NCBI GenBank assembly: GCA_964106645.2
Contig: OZ067039.1
Strand: one strand, 5' to 3'
Source of the DNA: Podarcis pityusensis
Lineage: Eukaryota
DNA length: 64,000 nt
Shown here: positions 34,981-46,988 of the stretch, piece by piece
Numbering within the stretch: position 1 is the stretch's first letter
Layout: each line of letters begins with the position of its first letter
The notes under the pieces: model-generated
What the model saw: the letters and a program-made list of their open reading frames with translations, nothing else
What the model was told of the DNA's origin: nothing
The model's database searches: none
Made by a program: the position numbers and the translations under genes

Positions 34981-35071
34981 CTGTAGTGTTTAAAAAAGGT
35001 GGAGTGGAAAACTCTTAGTTTTTGAGCAAGGCAAGTGCCAGTCTTTTTATGCTTTCCCATGCGCTGCTTAC

Positions 35072-35134
35072 CTTTGGCCCTGGTTTACCGTCTATGCCTT
35101 TGTCTCCCATTGGGCCAACGCTTCCTTGTTTTCC
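35072..35134 (-). CDS. COL23A1: Array exon GKQGSVGPMGDKGIDGKPGPK
   Basis: 63 nt, AG/GT, open. Confidence 0.8.
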
Positions 35135-35224
35135 CTGTAGCATTCAAAAAAAGTGCAAAGAACACTCTCATTTTCTAAGAAGGGTGTTCATCAGTTTTAC
35201 TGTACCATTCAAGGAGATGCTTAC

Positions 35225-35287
35225 CTTTGGCCCTGGTAGTCCTTCATTGCCCTTCTCGCCTATGGGCCCAATACTTCCTTGTTCTCC
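35225..35287 (-). CDS. COL23A1: Array exon (first in transcript order) GEQGSIGPIGEKGNEGLPGPK
   Basis: 63 nt; unique upstream acceptor flank tctcag. Confidence 0.88.
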
Positions 35288-35657
35288 CTGAGATTAATAC
35301 AAATTAAGGTGAACATTACAATCTTGCTTTCACCCCAAAGTCCAAATATTGAGCATCCTTCAAAAAGAATTCAGGCTCTAAATGACAGTCTTTAAACACG
35401 GTACAGCTGTTCTGATGGCTATTCAAGCTATTCTTTAAGAATGGTTGAGCCCCATAGGACCAAAGCGAAAGGGAAAAACAATCTTTAATTTCTGATTCAG
35501 TTTGCTCTATGTAGTGTAGAATATGACTCTCAATCACCAAAAATATTTAGGATTGAAATTTAACACGATCAACCTGTATGCCAATACTGCATTGATTCTA
35601 CTTTGTTACCCATAATATATATGATTGGGGGCGGGGAGCTACAAAAAGGAAGTTTAC

Positions 35658-35702
35658 CTTTGGCCCTTGAATCCCTGGTTCTCCTGGGATTCCAGCATCA
35701 CC
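35658..35702 (-). CDS. COL23A1: COL23A1 exon, 45 nt, GDAGIPGEPGIQGPK
   Basis: catcag|...|gtaaac. Confidence 0.92.
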
Positions 35703-36740
35703 CTGATGAAATAGAACACACATAGGTGACACTGAAATACAAAAGTGCATTAAGTTTCCCAGGGTCAATGCTGGCAGAAGCTCAACAGTTCACACTGTAA
35801 GCCTAACCAGAAAAGCAACTGCCAAATATTTTTGATCCAGAAGTTGGGACTTAATTTCTAATACTTAATTTCTAACTGTTCAGAAGAGAGAAAGAGAGAT
35901 TTCATTTATTAGCTCAGAGTAGTCTTATTTGCAGTGTGGATAAATCATGAAGACATCACTCATTATCTGTGGAACACACTGAAATGTAATCCTTAAACGT
36001 GTTTCCTAAAAATACTGTAGCCATAGGTTATGTGCAGTTCTGAACAGCATGAATTAATAATAAAGTGTTTTCCAACTTGGCCACAGCTTCTTGGTGGCCC
36101 TTCTAAGGTCCATTATATGGAAAAGGATCTTTAGCTAACACAGTCCAAAATAAATACACACATATCCTGCCCCCGACTCAGCTGCCTTGGAGAAATATAT
36201 ACAGATATTTGCTTCTTAAAACTCCAGTCCAGATATTAGCAAACCACTCCATTTGGACAGTTTCTAGAGGGGTAGCTGTGATCACTTCTTGCAGCAAGAA
36301 TGGCAGAGTCTTGTTACACCTTAAAAACTGTTATGGCAGAAGCTTTCATGTACTGGATCAGCTTCAGGGATACAACAGCACAGAGTGAATAATGTTTGAT
36401 CTACCATATCCATGGATGGGTGAGCCCCATGTGATTAGCTCTGATTACAATGCAATAGTTACACAACTCCCCTGTAGTTTGGGATGTTGCTGGATGCTAC
36501 TGAAATATCAAGAGCTTTGCTCCTCCCTTGCTCATTCTGCTGCTGCGCTGGGCAAGAAACAAACCATGGTCTGCTCTGGATCAGAGGATTGCTTTGCGCT
36601 ATTGTATTGCTGGGGTTTTTTTTGTTTTTTTTTAAAAGGTTATTTTAAATGTGTTTAGTAGTTTTAACTGCCATGTTATTTTACTTTCAAGTTGGAGATA
36701 TTTTGTGACTCTGTTGTGATAACTGAGTTGTGAGGTAGAA

Positions 36741-36745
36741 ATAGA

Positions 36746-36791
<46 letters not shown>
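36741..36791. repeat. (ATAG)n(ACAG)n compound microsatellite
   Basis: Seen directly. Confidence 0.95.
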
Positions 36792-36792
<1 letters not shown>

Positions 36793-36854
36793 GGTTGGGA
36801 ACATGATGTCTCAATGCAGATAGCATTTGAAAGAAAGAAACATAAATAACTTAC

Positions 36855-36881
36855 TTTTCCTCCTGGAATACCAGGCTCACC
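36855..36881 (-). CDS. COL23A1: COL23A1 exon, 27 nt, GEPGIPGGK
   Basis: ttgaag|...|gtaagt. Confidence 0.9.
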
Positions 36882-38624
36882 CTTCAAAACAAATAAGTGA
36901 AGCACGTTATGTTTGACTTAAAAATATCAGGAATGAAAACATTTTTTTTCCAATGTCTAGGAAATGTTACAAATAAAATTGTACCGTTTTCAAAACAAAA
37001 CAAAACGCAGCCAAGCTCATTAAAAATGTTGCTGGGCTGTCAATCTTTTTGGGGCCCAAAGGTCCATTTGCAATTTAGAGGAAGCGACATGGGCACCTCT
37101 ATAAAATGGCTGTTGGGTGTAACCAGTCACAAAACTTAAATAGAAACACAATACCTGAGGCCATCCAACAAAGCTGAATGTTGGAAGATTCAGAAAAAGG
37201 AAACACTTTTTCATACAATGCATAGTTAAAACTATGGAATTCCTTACTGCAAGCTTTAAAAGGGAATTATTGGGGTAGGGAGAGAGAAAGGCCCACTGCA
37301 CAAACAGAAGCCCTTGTGCTGACAGGACTCACTAGCTGAATCCTGCCCACTATGATTATTACCCTTTCCTCACCTGCAGGTCTCAGGGTGGATTTCAGCA
37401 TTTTTTAATTCAGTAAGAAAAAACAGTCAAAACAAAACACAGTCGCAGGAATAGGGTGGGTCCTCAAAACATGATGGGAATAATTCAGTTTAGAGCTAAG
37501 GAGATCGCTCTGTCAGCACGAGCATTTCTACTCGCCTGCTATAACGATCTCCCTCTCCTCTGCCCACGCGCTGTTCTGGGGGGTTCTTTCAACTCATCCT
37601 AGCCTATTGGTGGTGGGGTGGGGTGGGGGCACACAGTGGGAAGATTGCTTCTGAGAATATACCACCAACCACCAACATATGTTTAGCAGCCATGTGGAAA
37701 CATTTCTCTTCTTCCAGGCCTTTGCCTAATTAAACAACCTATGGCCTTTTAAAATCTCTCTGCGTGGAGGTGTTGTTTTATTTGTTATTATGTTACGTAT
37801 TTTTGTGTGTTTATATTGTAAACCGTGCTGTGATCCTCAAATGAAGAGTGGTATATAAATGTAATAAATAATAATAATAATAATAAATAAAAAATTCACT
37901 CATGGCCTGTGATCTTTCACGTCAAGATGCTGTAAATATAGTACCCTTGAAAGGCTTGTGAAAGGGCAGTGGGTCATCCATGCAGTAGCACGCACAGGAT
38001 GCGGAAGTGGAAATGGGTATTTCTCCTATGACGAAATACACTTGGGAGTTAAGTTTGCTAGCATGGTATCTTATTACAAATGTTCTGACACTTAAAAAGA
38101 GGTCAGCAAGTCTTTTGATAGTCTAGGTTTTGGCACTTGTAGTTCTCATGCGCCACAGTCAGTGCATGTAGCAATTAAAAAATATTACAATATCGATGTA
38201 AAGAAATAACCTAAATAAGTCCTGACAAAAGAGCTTATGCGAAATGTTTGTAGGACAACAAAAGACGGAAGAGAACGAAAAAGTGCTTGGGGAAAGAGGC
38301 TCACCTTATTTTTTCTGATGGTGCAGTACAGAAAGCTGACTCGTAAAAACAAACGAGACTCTGACTGTTTCATAAGCCCTAGACAATTAAGCCTGACAAT
38401 TGTTCTAAACTCAACATGGCACAGATGGTAGACATGTATTTAGGGGTAGTGATTAGATGGCCAAAGCATAGTCAAGGAAAGGAGCTGTATAAAACTATTA
38501 TAGAGCAGAATGAGGAAGAGGAGGAGGTTACACACATCTGAGGTAGGCTAGGCAAGCTTCTCATGCTTAATATGTGAAATCAATCCATTAGGATATGTTT
38601 TAATACCATAGATTGCATACTAAC

Positions 38625-38660
38625 CATGATACCAGCTTCTCCAGGTTGTCCTTTCTCACC
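38625..38660 (-). CDS. COL23A1: COL23A1 exon, 36 nt, GEKGQPGEAGIM
   Basis: ctttag|...|gttagt. Confidence 0.9.
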
Positions 38661-39546
38661 CTAAAGAAACACAAATCTAAGTTATTTAAATAAAGAGACA
38701 ATGAATGCATTTCTAAAATTACTTTTTCAAAACGCTCCCCTCCCACCTAAAAAGCACAACAGTGAAGAAGAGAAGCTTAAGGAGATTGCGTTATTTCAGT
38801 TATTTCATTGACTTAGGGAATGTAGAAATGTTGCCATGTCTTGATGATTTAGATTAGTGTCATTAATAAAGTGAAAATACATACAGGTATGCTATGGTTC
38901 TATTTACTGTGGATTAACATTGAACACATAAACTGTATCTCATCTCAGTTATCTTTGCTTGGTAGATAATGACTGCTAATTCTCCTAATTCAACAGCAGG
39001 GAATTTAGTGATTAATTTAATGACTAAGGACTGAGTATGAATGGTTAGTTAATAAAAGACTACTGTGAAGATCATTTTTATGACATAACTACCGCTTGCC
39101 CTACAGAACAATCCCATGGGCACTGCCAAAAGAGATTGCTGCTGCAGCAGCAAGGGAAACTTGAATGTTGATAAAACCCCAAAGCCTGCCATATTGCTAG
39201 AATCTACAAGCAGAATTGTCAGAATATTAGCTGCTCGTTGCAAAATGCAAGATAACCATTCCAAGGCAAGCCGCCACCACAAAGCTTTGTTGACTAGATT
39301 ATCGTCCCTGTTCAACGCAAACAGTTTGAAGATGAGTTCTGCCTCTGGTTTCAAGATATTGAAGAGTGATTTCCCTTCGCTCTTACTCTTTGCTCCAAAA
39401 ATGCCTGTATCCTTCCCCTAGCACCTTGATACATCTGAGTTCTAGGCTCAGGAACTTATAGCTGAAATGCATTCATGAGCAGGATATCCCCGCAAAACAT
39501 GCATTTTAATTTTCAACAGTTATCTTAGCTAATAACTACGCCTTAC

Positions 39547-39663
39547 AGGAAGGCCTGGGGGTCCCCTTGGGCCATCTTTTCCTGTGTCTCCAGGGGGCCC
39601 TCTTGCACCCGGCTGTCCAGGAGGACCTGGCGGACCAGCAGCGCCATCATTACCTTGATCCCC
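39547..39663 (-). CDS. COL23A1: COL23A1 exon, 117 nt, [39 protein letters not shown]
   Basis: ttatag|...|gtaagg; conserved [13 protein letters not shown]. Confidence 0.95.
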
Positions 39664-42600
39664 CTATAAGAAGTTTAGACAAAACATCGCAATGTGAAAA
39701 AAAGAAAAACAAAGTCTTTATGGGTGGACTGTGGCTGCAAACTCACTGCATAGCAAAATGAGAGAGGGAAAGAAAGAAAACAGGACACATGGTCAGGGAA
39801 TCAGTATGTTTGAGTTTAAAGATAAAACCTTGAGCCTGCAAACTGACTGACCTTTCTATGGTACGTAAACTTACTGAAAGAGAAGAAATTTATGCCTAAG
39901 GTTTCTTGGTGTTTGTTTTATTCTTCCAAACAATTCATCTAATCACAAATATTGGTAATTAGTATTTCTAACTCATCCGTGTCCAATTTGTGTGCCTGCA
40001 TGGTACAGAATGGCATATTCTGTTTCTGCTTGCAGACATTGGACTCCGATACTGCCTAGTTTTGAGAAATGATTAGTGAAAGGTAAAGCAACTAAAGAAT
40101 GAACCCCAGTTCTTTAAATACCACAGTACTATCGCGAGAAAGTAAGAGATAAAACTACCACCCGGATTATGCTTGTAAAACAACATTCTTTATCTGAGTA
40201 TACATATAGTAAAGCAAATCTTTAAAATATCCAAAAATGCTAAACCTCAAAATTAGCATCAGTTTATTTTTACATGGATAACTTAAGAGTTCTGGCATCT
40301 AGAAGATGCCAGAATTACTGTAATTATTACATTTATATCCAGCCTTTCTTTCACAGACATAAATGAATTTGATTTTTATGAAGGGTTCAAAGGCATTCTC
40401 CCATCTAGGTATTGACCAAATCCAGGCTTGCTTAGCTTCAGCAAATTTGTTGTATCATGTGTCTTTAGATCATACCTAATTTATTATCTTGGGGGGGAAG
40501 GAGGAATCTAGTAACTTTCTGATTTATTTATTTTTACAACATTTTAATGCATTCTGTAAAAAACACAAATCATTGATTATAAAGGAGAAAGGGTTGGATG
40601 TCACAGCAAGAATACACACAGATGTAGAATGCTAGCATACATTGCACACCATGCTCATGGAGCGCGTACATTTACTATCAACATCTAGTGAACACAAGAG
40701 AAGACTCAAAACAGATATAATGTTGGTTGTATAATAAGTACACCAATTATGTAATAAGTGCACTAGTAATCTGGTCACAATCTACAGAATTATGCAACTG
40801 TGTGAGCAGCAGAGGATTTTATTTCCTGTTTTCAAATAAGAAGACTTTTATCCTTAAACAACAAGCAGCTTTTTATATGTTAAGCTAGTTTTCCAAAAGG
40901 ACTTGCAACAAAGCATAGCCAGATATTTCATCTCTGATCATGAATTCCACACTTAACCTTTGTTTCATGTACAGGGCATACAGACGCTCTTTCTGAGGCA
41001 GGCCACACTTATTTCATTTTTACTAAAGCCAAGAGAATGGTTTCTTGCTTCTGGCTAAAGCAGAGAATTGACACCAGGTCTCCAAGATCTATCATTTAGA
41101 TGACCATGGCTGCCTATTAACATTACTGTTCCTGGGGTTATGATCTACTGTGGGTAAGTTGGGGTGAAGAGCTCCGCATCTAGAACTGGTCTGCTTGAAC
41201 ATATGGAAGCAGCACTGAAACCCCCCATGATAAGGGTGGATTATAAAGCTCTTTATAACATCTGGGCAGGATGTCTCCAGTGACAGACTTGTACTTAAAG
41301 TCATCCTGCTATAAATCAAAAACCTAACAGTGAAAGCCATTCTACATTCCAGTTCAGAAAGCCATACTACCAAGGTCCAGTTCAGAAATTTCCCTCACTG
41401 AGCAACGATATGAGTACAAGATAAAAACAAATGGACCTATAAAATCTCTCAGTATATTATTATTTATTATCATTTCTTTTATACACCAACATATTTTTAT
41501 TCACAAAATATGCAGGCATCCTCCAGCTATAATCCTGAAAGTACATTTCAAAATCAGAGTCAGTCTTCAAATGCTCTGCATCCAATAAATCAGAAAGCAT
41601 GGTCCTTGACAAATTTGCCGTTTTTAAGCAAATGCTTAATTTGTGTACATTTTGTAGGCTGATAATCTTGTGTGCAGGGACCATATCACTTATGTATTCT
41701 GTACTGTGTGTGGAACTCAGTACATATAGTAGTGAACCTAGATAGGTCACTCTGAACTCGGGTATCTTCAACCTATTTATTCATTTATTTTGTCTGAATT
41801 TTTATTGAAAGTTTTCAACACAGAATACAAGGATTACTTTTTTAGATCCAGGACCTACTTTTAGCCCAATCTGGCATCTGGGGACCCATTTCTTAATCTT
41901 TTATCATATATTTGCATGGTGGTAGTGCTCCTGTTGCAACCCACCAGTTGAAGACCAGTGGTGACTCATCTGATGGAATGACCATCTACAGAAAAACTCC
42001 TTGCACATAGAAAACTAGATGTCAGGGAGAAGGGTTCTTGTCTAGCCTCGCCCCTGATAGATGCCAGTTTCTCGTTAGAGGGAAACACTAGCAGGGCTTC
42101 AGGGACGTGTGTTTTGTCTCGCTCCTGGAGCTATGTGACAGCTCTGGCCCTTTGTGTGTTTTTGGCATACTTTGGGAGCCTTGTGTAAAGGCTACCTACC
42201 CAAGCAAGATGATCAAGGTTCCCACTTGCACAAGGAGCCTTTAAATGCATAAGGCACCCAGATGCAGATGTCCACTGTAAACAATTCTATGGTCTGAAAG
42301 TCACATGGCTCTGGGGGATGGGCTAAAAGTGTGCATCCCAACTCTATTCAGTGTTCCCTTTTCAGGCAATAATATGTTAATGCCTGAAGAGGGCTCTGCT
42401 GCTTCTGAGAACAGAAACACTGTACAATATTCTATTAACCTATTCAGGTTTTCAGGGAGACTGGCTCAATATTGTAATTGAGAGAATGCAATTCTGGCCA
42501 GGGGAAAAGTATTTATCTTTGGGAAAGCCTACTAGTCATCATGACATTCAGCATGGCTTTGATTGTGTAGATGACAAAGAATGTTAGATCTGCTTTCATG

Positions 42601-42955
42601 AAAGCAAATGTGAAATCCTGTCAACACGATGAGGCTGAGTAATTTGCTCATAGTTAATGGGATGACTGCTTTAAATTGTCTCATTAGTTGATGTTTACCT
42701 GTGAATGTTTCTATTATTATTTTTGGCACTGTTGCAATGGGGAAAAAACCTCAGATTCTAGTTGTCATGGCAATTGCTCCATTTTGTTTATGATGTAAAA
42801 CTGTAGGGGGGTGGTTGTTAGATTGTAAAAGAACAGAACAGGAGAACGAAAGAATGGAAAAGAAGGAGGCATTATCAGATCATAAATTAGAAAAGTTTTT
42901 AAAAAGCAACCTCACAAGAAAACACAGCAAGCCAGAAGATTAAAAGCGGTTCTAC

Positions 42956-43024
42956 CTTAAGGATACGTCGGCTAAAAATAGGCTGGTCAGAGAGAAATCC
43001 ATGACTGAGGCGAGGGAAAGCCAT
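42956..43024 (-). CDS. COL23A1: Non-collagenous cassette exon, 69 nt, MAFPRLSHGFLSDQPIFSRRILK (internal acceptor gives 27-nt PIFSRRILK, 42956-42982)
   Basis: gactag|...|gtagaa, in frame; resembles COL25A1 MVFPKINHGFLSADQQLIKRRLIK at the equivalent position. Confidence 0.8.
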
Positions 43025-44800
43025 CTAGTCAATGTGTGGCAGGAAAGACAAAGAGGTCAAGACAAATGTTATGATGGTAGAGAAAAATGGTTCAATCAGC
43101 ATAATATATGAGAGGGAGCCCAGTATGGAACAAACAATTGGTATCACAAGGTGAAATAATAAATGGAACAGCAACAATAGGTTTTAGACACATTATTCAA
43201 TAGCTGTATAGGTGGTATCAGAATGTACAGCTTTCCATTAGGTCAGTATCACAGACTTCAGAACTACAAAATAATGGCGGCAGTGGTGGTGGGTGGGGAT
43301 CTTACTAATTCCTCAGTTTCACAGGACATAGTTTAAGATATTTTTCAACATTTCTTTAAAGGGCAATAATTGCTATCACTTCAGCAACGGTGATTTTATA
43401 GGCATGTGTGTTCCTTGGCAACTGATATATATACCCACTAAGGAAGAATCTAGACAAATTCCAGCTTTCTAATGCTGGCATACCATAACCATTTGGGAGT
43501 TCATGTTTTCCATTTTGAGTAGAGATGTTAAAATATTCAATTTTCAAACTTTTCTACTCTCATATTAGGATTTTGAAAGTGACCCGAGTGTCTGTTTAAC
43601 TATATGAAGCTGAAATTCTAAATAAGCTTACTTGAAAGCAAGCCCCATTGAATACAGTGGTACTTACTTCAGAGTAAGCATTCCTAGGATTCTACTACAT
43701 GATCTTTGTATTTGAGATTTGAGCTAAACTGTAAAACCATTCACAGGGCTGTATGCCAACCTGTCAGCCACAGTAAATCTCATTTCTATCCAAGTATGTT
43801 AAGCCCTAAAATAAAGTGTAACTTGAGTTACTGTACATACTTACAAGTGGTTTAAATATAGAAAAGCATGAGCCTGACTGCTTTGCCAGTCAACCCGTTT
43901 GGATAAGGCTAATGCCTGACAGCCAAGTAAACTCAATTCATCTGCTTGATGTACTAGAAAGGAGATAATTTCTGTATATGGTTATGGGTGCTTTCTGTAA
44001 AGCTCATCTTCCTCATAAAAGAAAGAAAAATCAAATGGGATTTAAAAGAATCTAATTCATATAGTATCATTACATGTATCAAATGTTGTCCTCCCCGCCA
44101 ACAGCATATAAATACCCTGGAGTCAAGCAATTTAGTCCTAAAATGTAATTAAGTTAGACGTGGAATGTGGACCAGATTACAGAACTGGATACCAGAAGCA
44201 CTGCTCCCCTGTTCGATAAAAGAACAGCAACAATGGGGGGTGGGGGGAGGGAACTGTCTACTACCATGGAAGAACTACCAGTGCTTCCATGAGTTTAGTT
44301 GAGGGTTGTCTGCAAAGTCGTAAGTTGCATGTAGCATCTGCAACACAGATGTAACATTTTCATATCCTCATCCTCTGTCCTGAGGCATGTCTCATTGAAC
44401 TGCATGTAAATTGTTTTAGTTGAGTACACGAACGATTAAAATCTTAGCTGAAGGACAGATCAACATGCGAGATCTACACATTTGTTTTGGTATAACTGCT
44501 AGCAACACCAAATAAGAAGCACCTCTTGGAAAAGAAATTTGAAAAAAATTAAGTTGTTTTTGTAGAAAACAACTCATGTTGCCCAAGGCTGAGCAAAGAC
44601 AATCTGCAACACTCTTGGAAACAAATGGTCATGATTTTAAGTAAAACGGTTGCATGACTTAATGAGAGTAGAACCCACTTTCTTTCCACATCCTATTTCT
44701 AACTACTTTGACAACAGAGAGGACTCTCGACAGCATAGCAGAACCATGGTTCTTGTTCTGAACAACACTAAAACAACATAGGGCAGCAACTGCTTTATTC

Positions 44801-44940
44801 TAGGGCAGCTTTCCTCAACTTTGTGTTCTTCAGATGCTGTGGGCTCCTATCCTTATCAGCATTGGCCAGCATGGTCAAAGATCAGGGATGATGTACTCCA
44901 GAAATGTCTGGAGGGCACCAGGTTGGGGAAGGCTCCTCTA
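44801..44940. mobile_element. Degenerate relative of the palindromic hAT-type MITE
   Basis: Shares ttcctcaac..cagatg..cagggatgatg..tctggagggc..ttggggaaggct layout with 55098-55233. Confidence 0.55.
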
Positions 44941-45449
44941 GAGAACTGGGAGAAGGAATTTCAATCCTAGTCAGTGCCCAATATATCACTGACTTTTTGG
45001 AAATACATAGCTATGGGTTGCAAATACTTCACGGTTCCCCCCGAATGTATTTTTGCATACACTGTTTATCTTGTTTCCTAATAAATGTCTTGTACGTTCA
45101 TTTTGATTTGATTAGTACATAGATAACAATGGTAGCATTGCTAGTTTTTTAAAATACACATTCTATACAGTTTCTCCATTTCTTTTTACTTTTATTAAGT
45201 ATACTGCAGTAACTGTCAAGAACTGTTACATGTGGTAGATTTATTATCAGCTCCTTGCTTCTTTCTGTGTGCAGGCATATTTATAAAATTCAGTAAAAGC
45301 TAGTCAGCAACAGTACAAACTGTGGCACTTGACCGAGTTTTGCAAAACAACAGTACAGCAACACTCCTCTCCATTTGTTGAAAATGCTGTATGCTTCAAC
45401 CAGAAATTCAGTCTCATTAAAAAGTCCTATCAAATTTCAGCAGAAGACA

Positions 45450-45720
45450 CGTACCACATTTTTCGCTCTATAGGACTCACTTTTTCCCCTCCAAAAATTA
45501 AGGGGAAATGTGTGTGCGTCCTATGGAGCGAATGCAGGCTCCTTGGTTTCAGCGATAGCAACGCGAAGCCTCCGAAGTGCAGAGGGAGCGCTCCCTCCGT
45601 GCTCCGGAGGCTTTGCGTTGCTTTTGCTGAAGCCTGGAGAGTGAGAGGGGTCGGTGCGCACCAACCAACAGTCTTGTTCTCCCGGCTTCAGCAAAAGGAA
45701 CCTGAAGCCTGCGGAGCACT
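45450..45720 (+). mobile_element. Probable DNA-transposon fragment with internal repeats
   Basis: Abrupt CpG-rich block starting at a TIR-like tttttcgctctatagga; internal inverted gaagcctccg/cggaggct repeats. Confidence 0.5.
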
Positions 45721-46941
45721 GTTCTGAGATACAAAAACAGTGGAGAGTTGCTGCTTTCATGTCCTGCTCGTGGGCTTCCCAGCAGCATCTGGTTGACCAC
45801 TGTGAAAACAAGGAAACTGGACTACAAAGATGGGATGTTTTTTGTCCAGAGTTGAACTTTTTTGGCAAAATAGCCAAAAAGAATTTGCCGTTTTTGAGCT
45901 ATTTTTATGCAAAATCAGCAAAAGCAGCACCGCTGTCATGGGTTGCCATACACCCAGATTTTCCTGGACATTTTTTTTTCTGATTTATGCCCAGACACTG
46001 CTGCCGACTGCAGTATTCCAGATATGTCCAGGGAAATTATGGATATATGGCAACCCTAGTTCTAGCCTTTTGACTTTTCTGTTTTTGATGTTCTTAAGTC
46101 TGTTTGGGTTGCTCATGCATTTTAATTAAGACATGATTATTTTTTTTTTGGTGTGTTTTGCTTGCTTGTTAAGGCACTTTGAATGATTCCTTCAGGGTGG
46201 TAAAAATGGAGATTAAAAATAATAATAATTTAAAAATAAATTAAAAAAGCATACTGTAATCCTTCACCACTGTCTTCTTGAAAATTTATGAGCCTGAATT
46301 TCTTTTGTTTTGCTTTGAAAGCAACTGAAAATGCTTGGGGAATTGTATGCAAGCAGATAATGCAAAATGCATGATTGATGAAACAAATTGTTTCAGTTTC
46401 AGTTAAATTAAAAGAAATACATTTTGGGAAAGTCTGAGCTAATTCTTTAAAAATAACTGTAATTTTGAACTGGGAAAAGAATACTGGCACCATGTTTTTC
46501 CATGAGAAAGATGTTGTCAAACAGAATAGATGCATTAAGCTAGTACTACTCAAGCTTAATGCATAGTTTCAGAACAGGATGCGCTCAAATAAAATTATGC
46601 AATTTCCATTTTAATTAAATTATTACCCTGTCTCTAAAAACCCCCCTCTTAAGACAACTCCTTCTCTCAGAGGCATTAGCAGCTGCTGATTGTTTTTTCT
46701 TTACTGCCACCACAGAACATGTAATCTGAAATAACGTATCCTCCCATATAAACCATGAAACAACTTTAGGAAATAAAGTCTATCACTGAGGCTAAAGAAA
46801 AGATATTGCTCAAGTTAAGGAAGTAAAGATAATTGAGGCCAGGTGGTGTCACAGGAAAGGTCCCAGGAATTGGAAGAGAAAACAGAAGGACTGAGGAGCC
46901 AAATAAATGTCCTAAACATCCAGAATCATTAACATTTGTAC

Positions 46942-46987
<46 letters not shown>
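46942..46987. repeat. (GT)n(GA)n compound microsatellite
   Basis: Seen directly. Confidence 0.95.

Positions 46988-46988
<1 letters not shown>

Larger units (their letters stand above)
31884..35287 (-). repeat. COL23A1: Tandem array of 19 units (63-nt collagen exon plus ~90-nt intron), period about 154 bp
   Basis: Recurring +-strand motif ttac-ctttggccctgg...tcc-ctg at about 154-bp spacing; two spacers are enlarged by insertions. Confidence 0.97.

Noticed and set aside
31884-35287. CRISPR-like or plain minisatellite reading of the 154-bp periodic array
   Set aside because: The context is eukaryotic, the spacers are themselves homologous, and the conserved part is a splice-bounded Gly-X-Y exon.
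31886-35291. Plus-strand ORFs over the array (MALVDH.., ..LTFGPGRPS..)
   Set aside because: Antisense shadows of the collagen exons.
37047-37065. GPLGPK-like segment near where a short GPKGPPGPK exon might be expected
   Set aside because: No AG/GT boundaries. I could not locate that exon, and the frame is kept without it.
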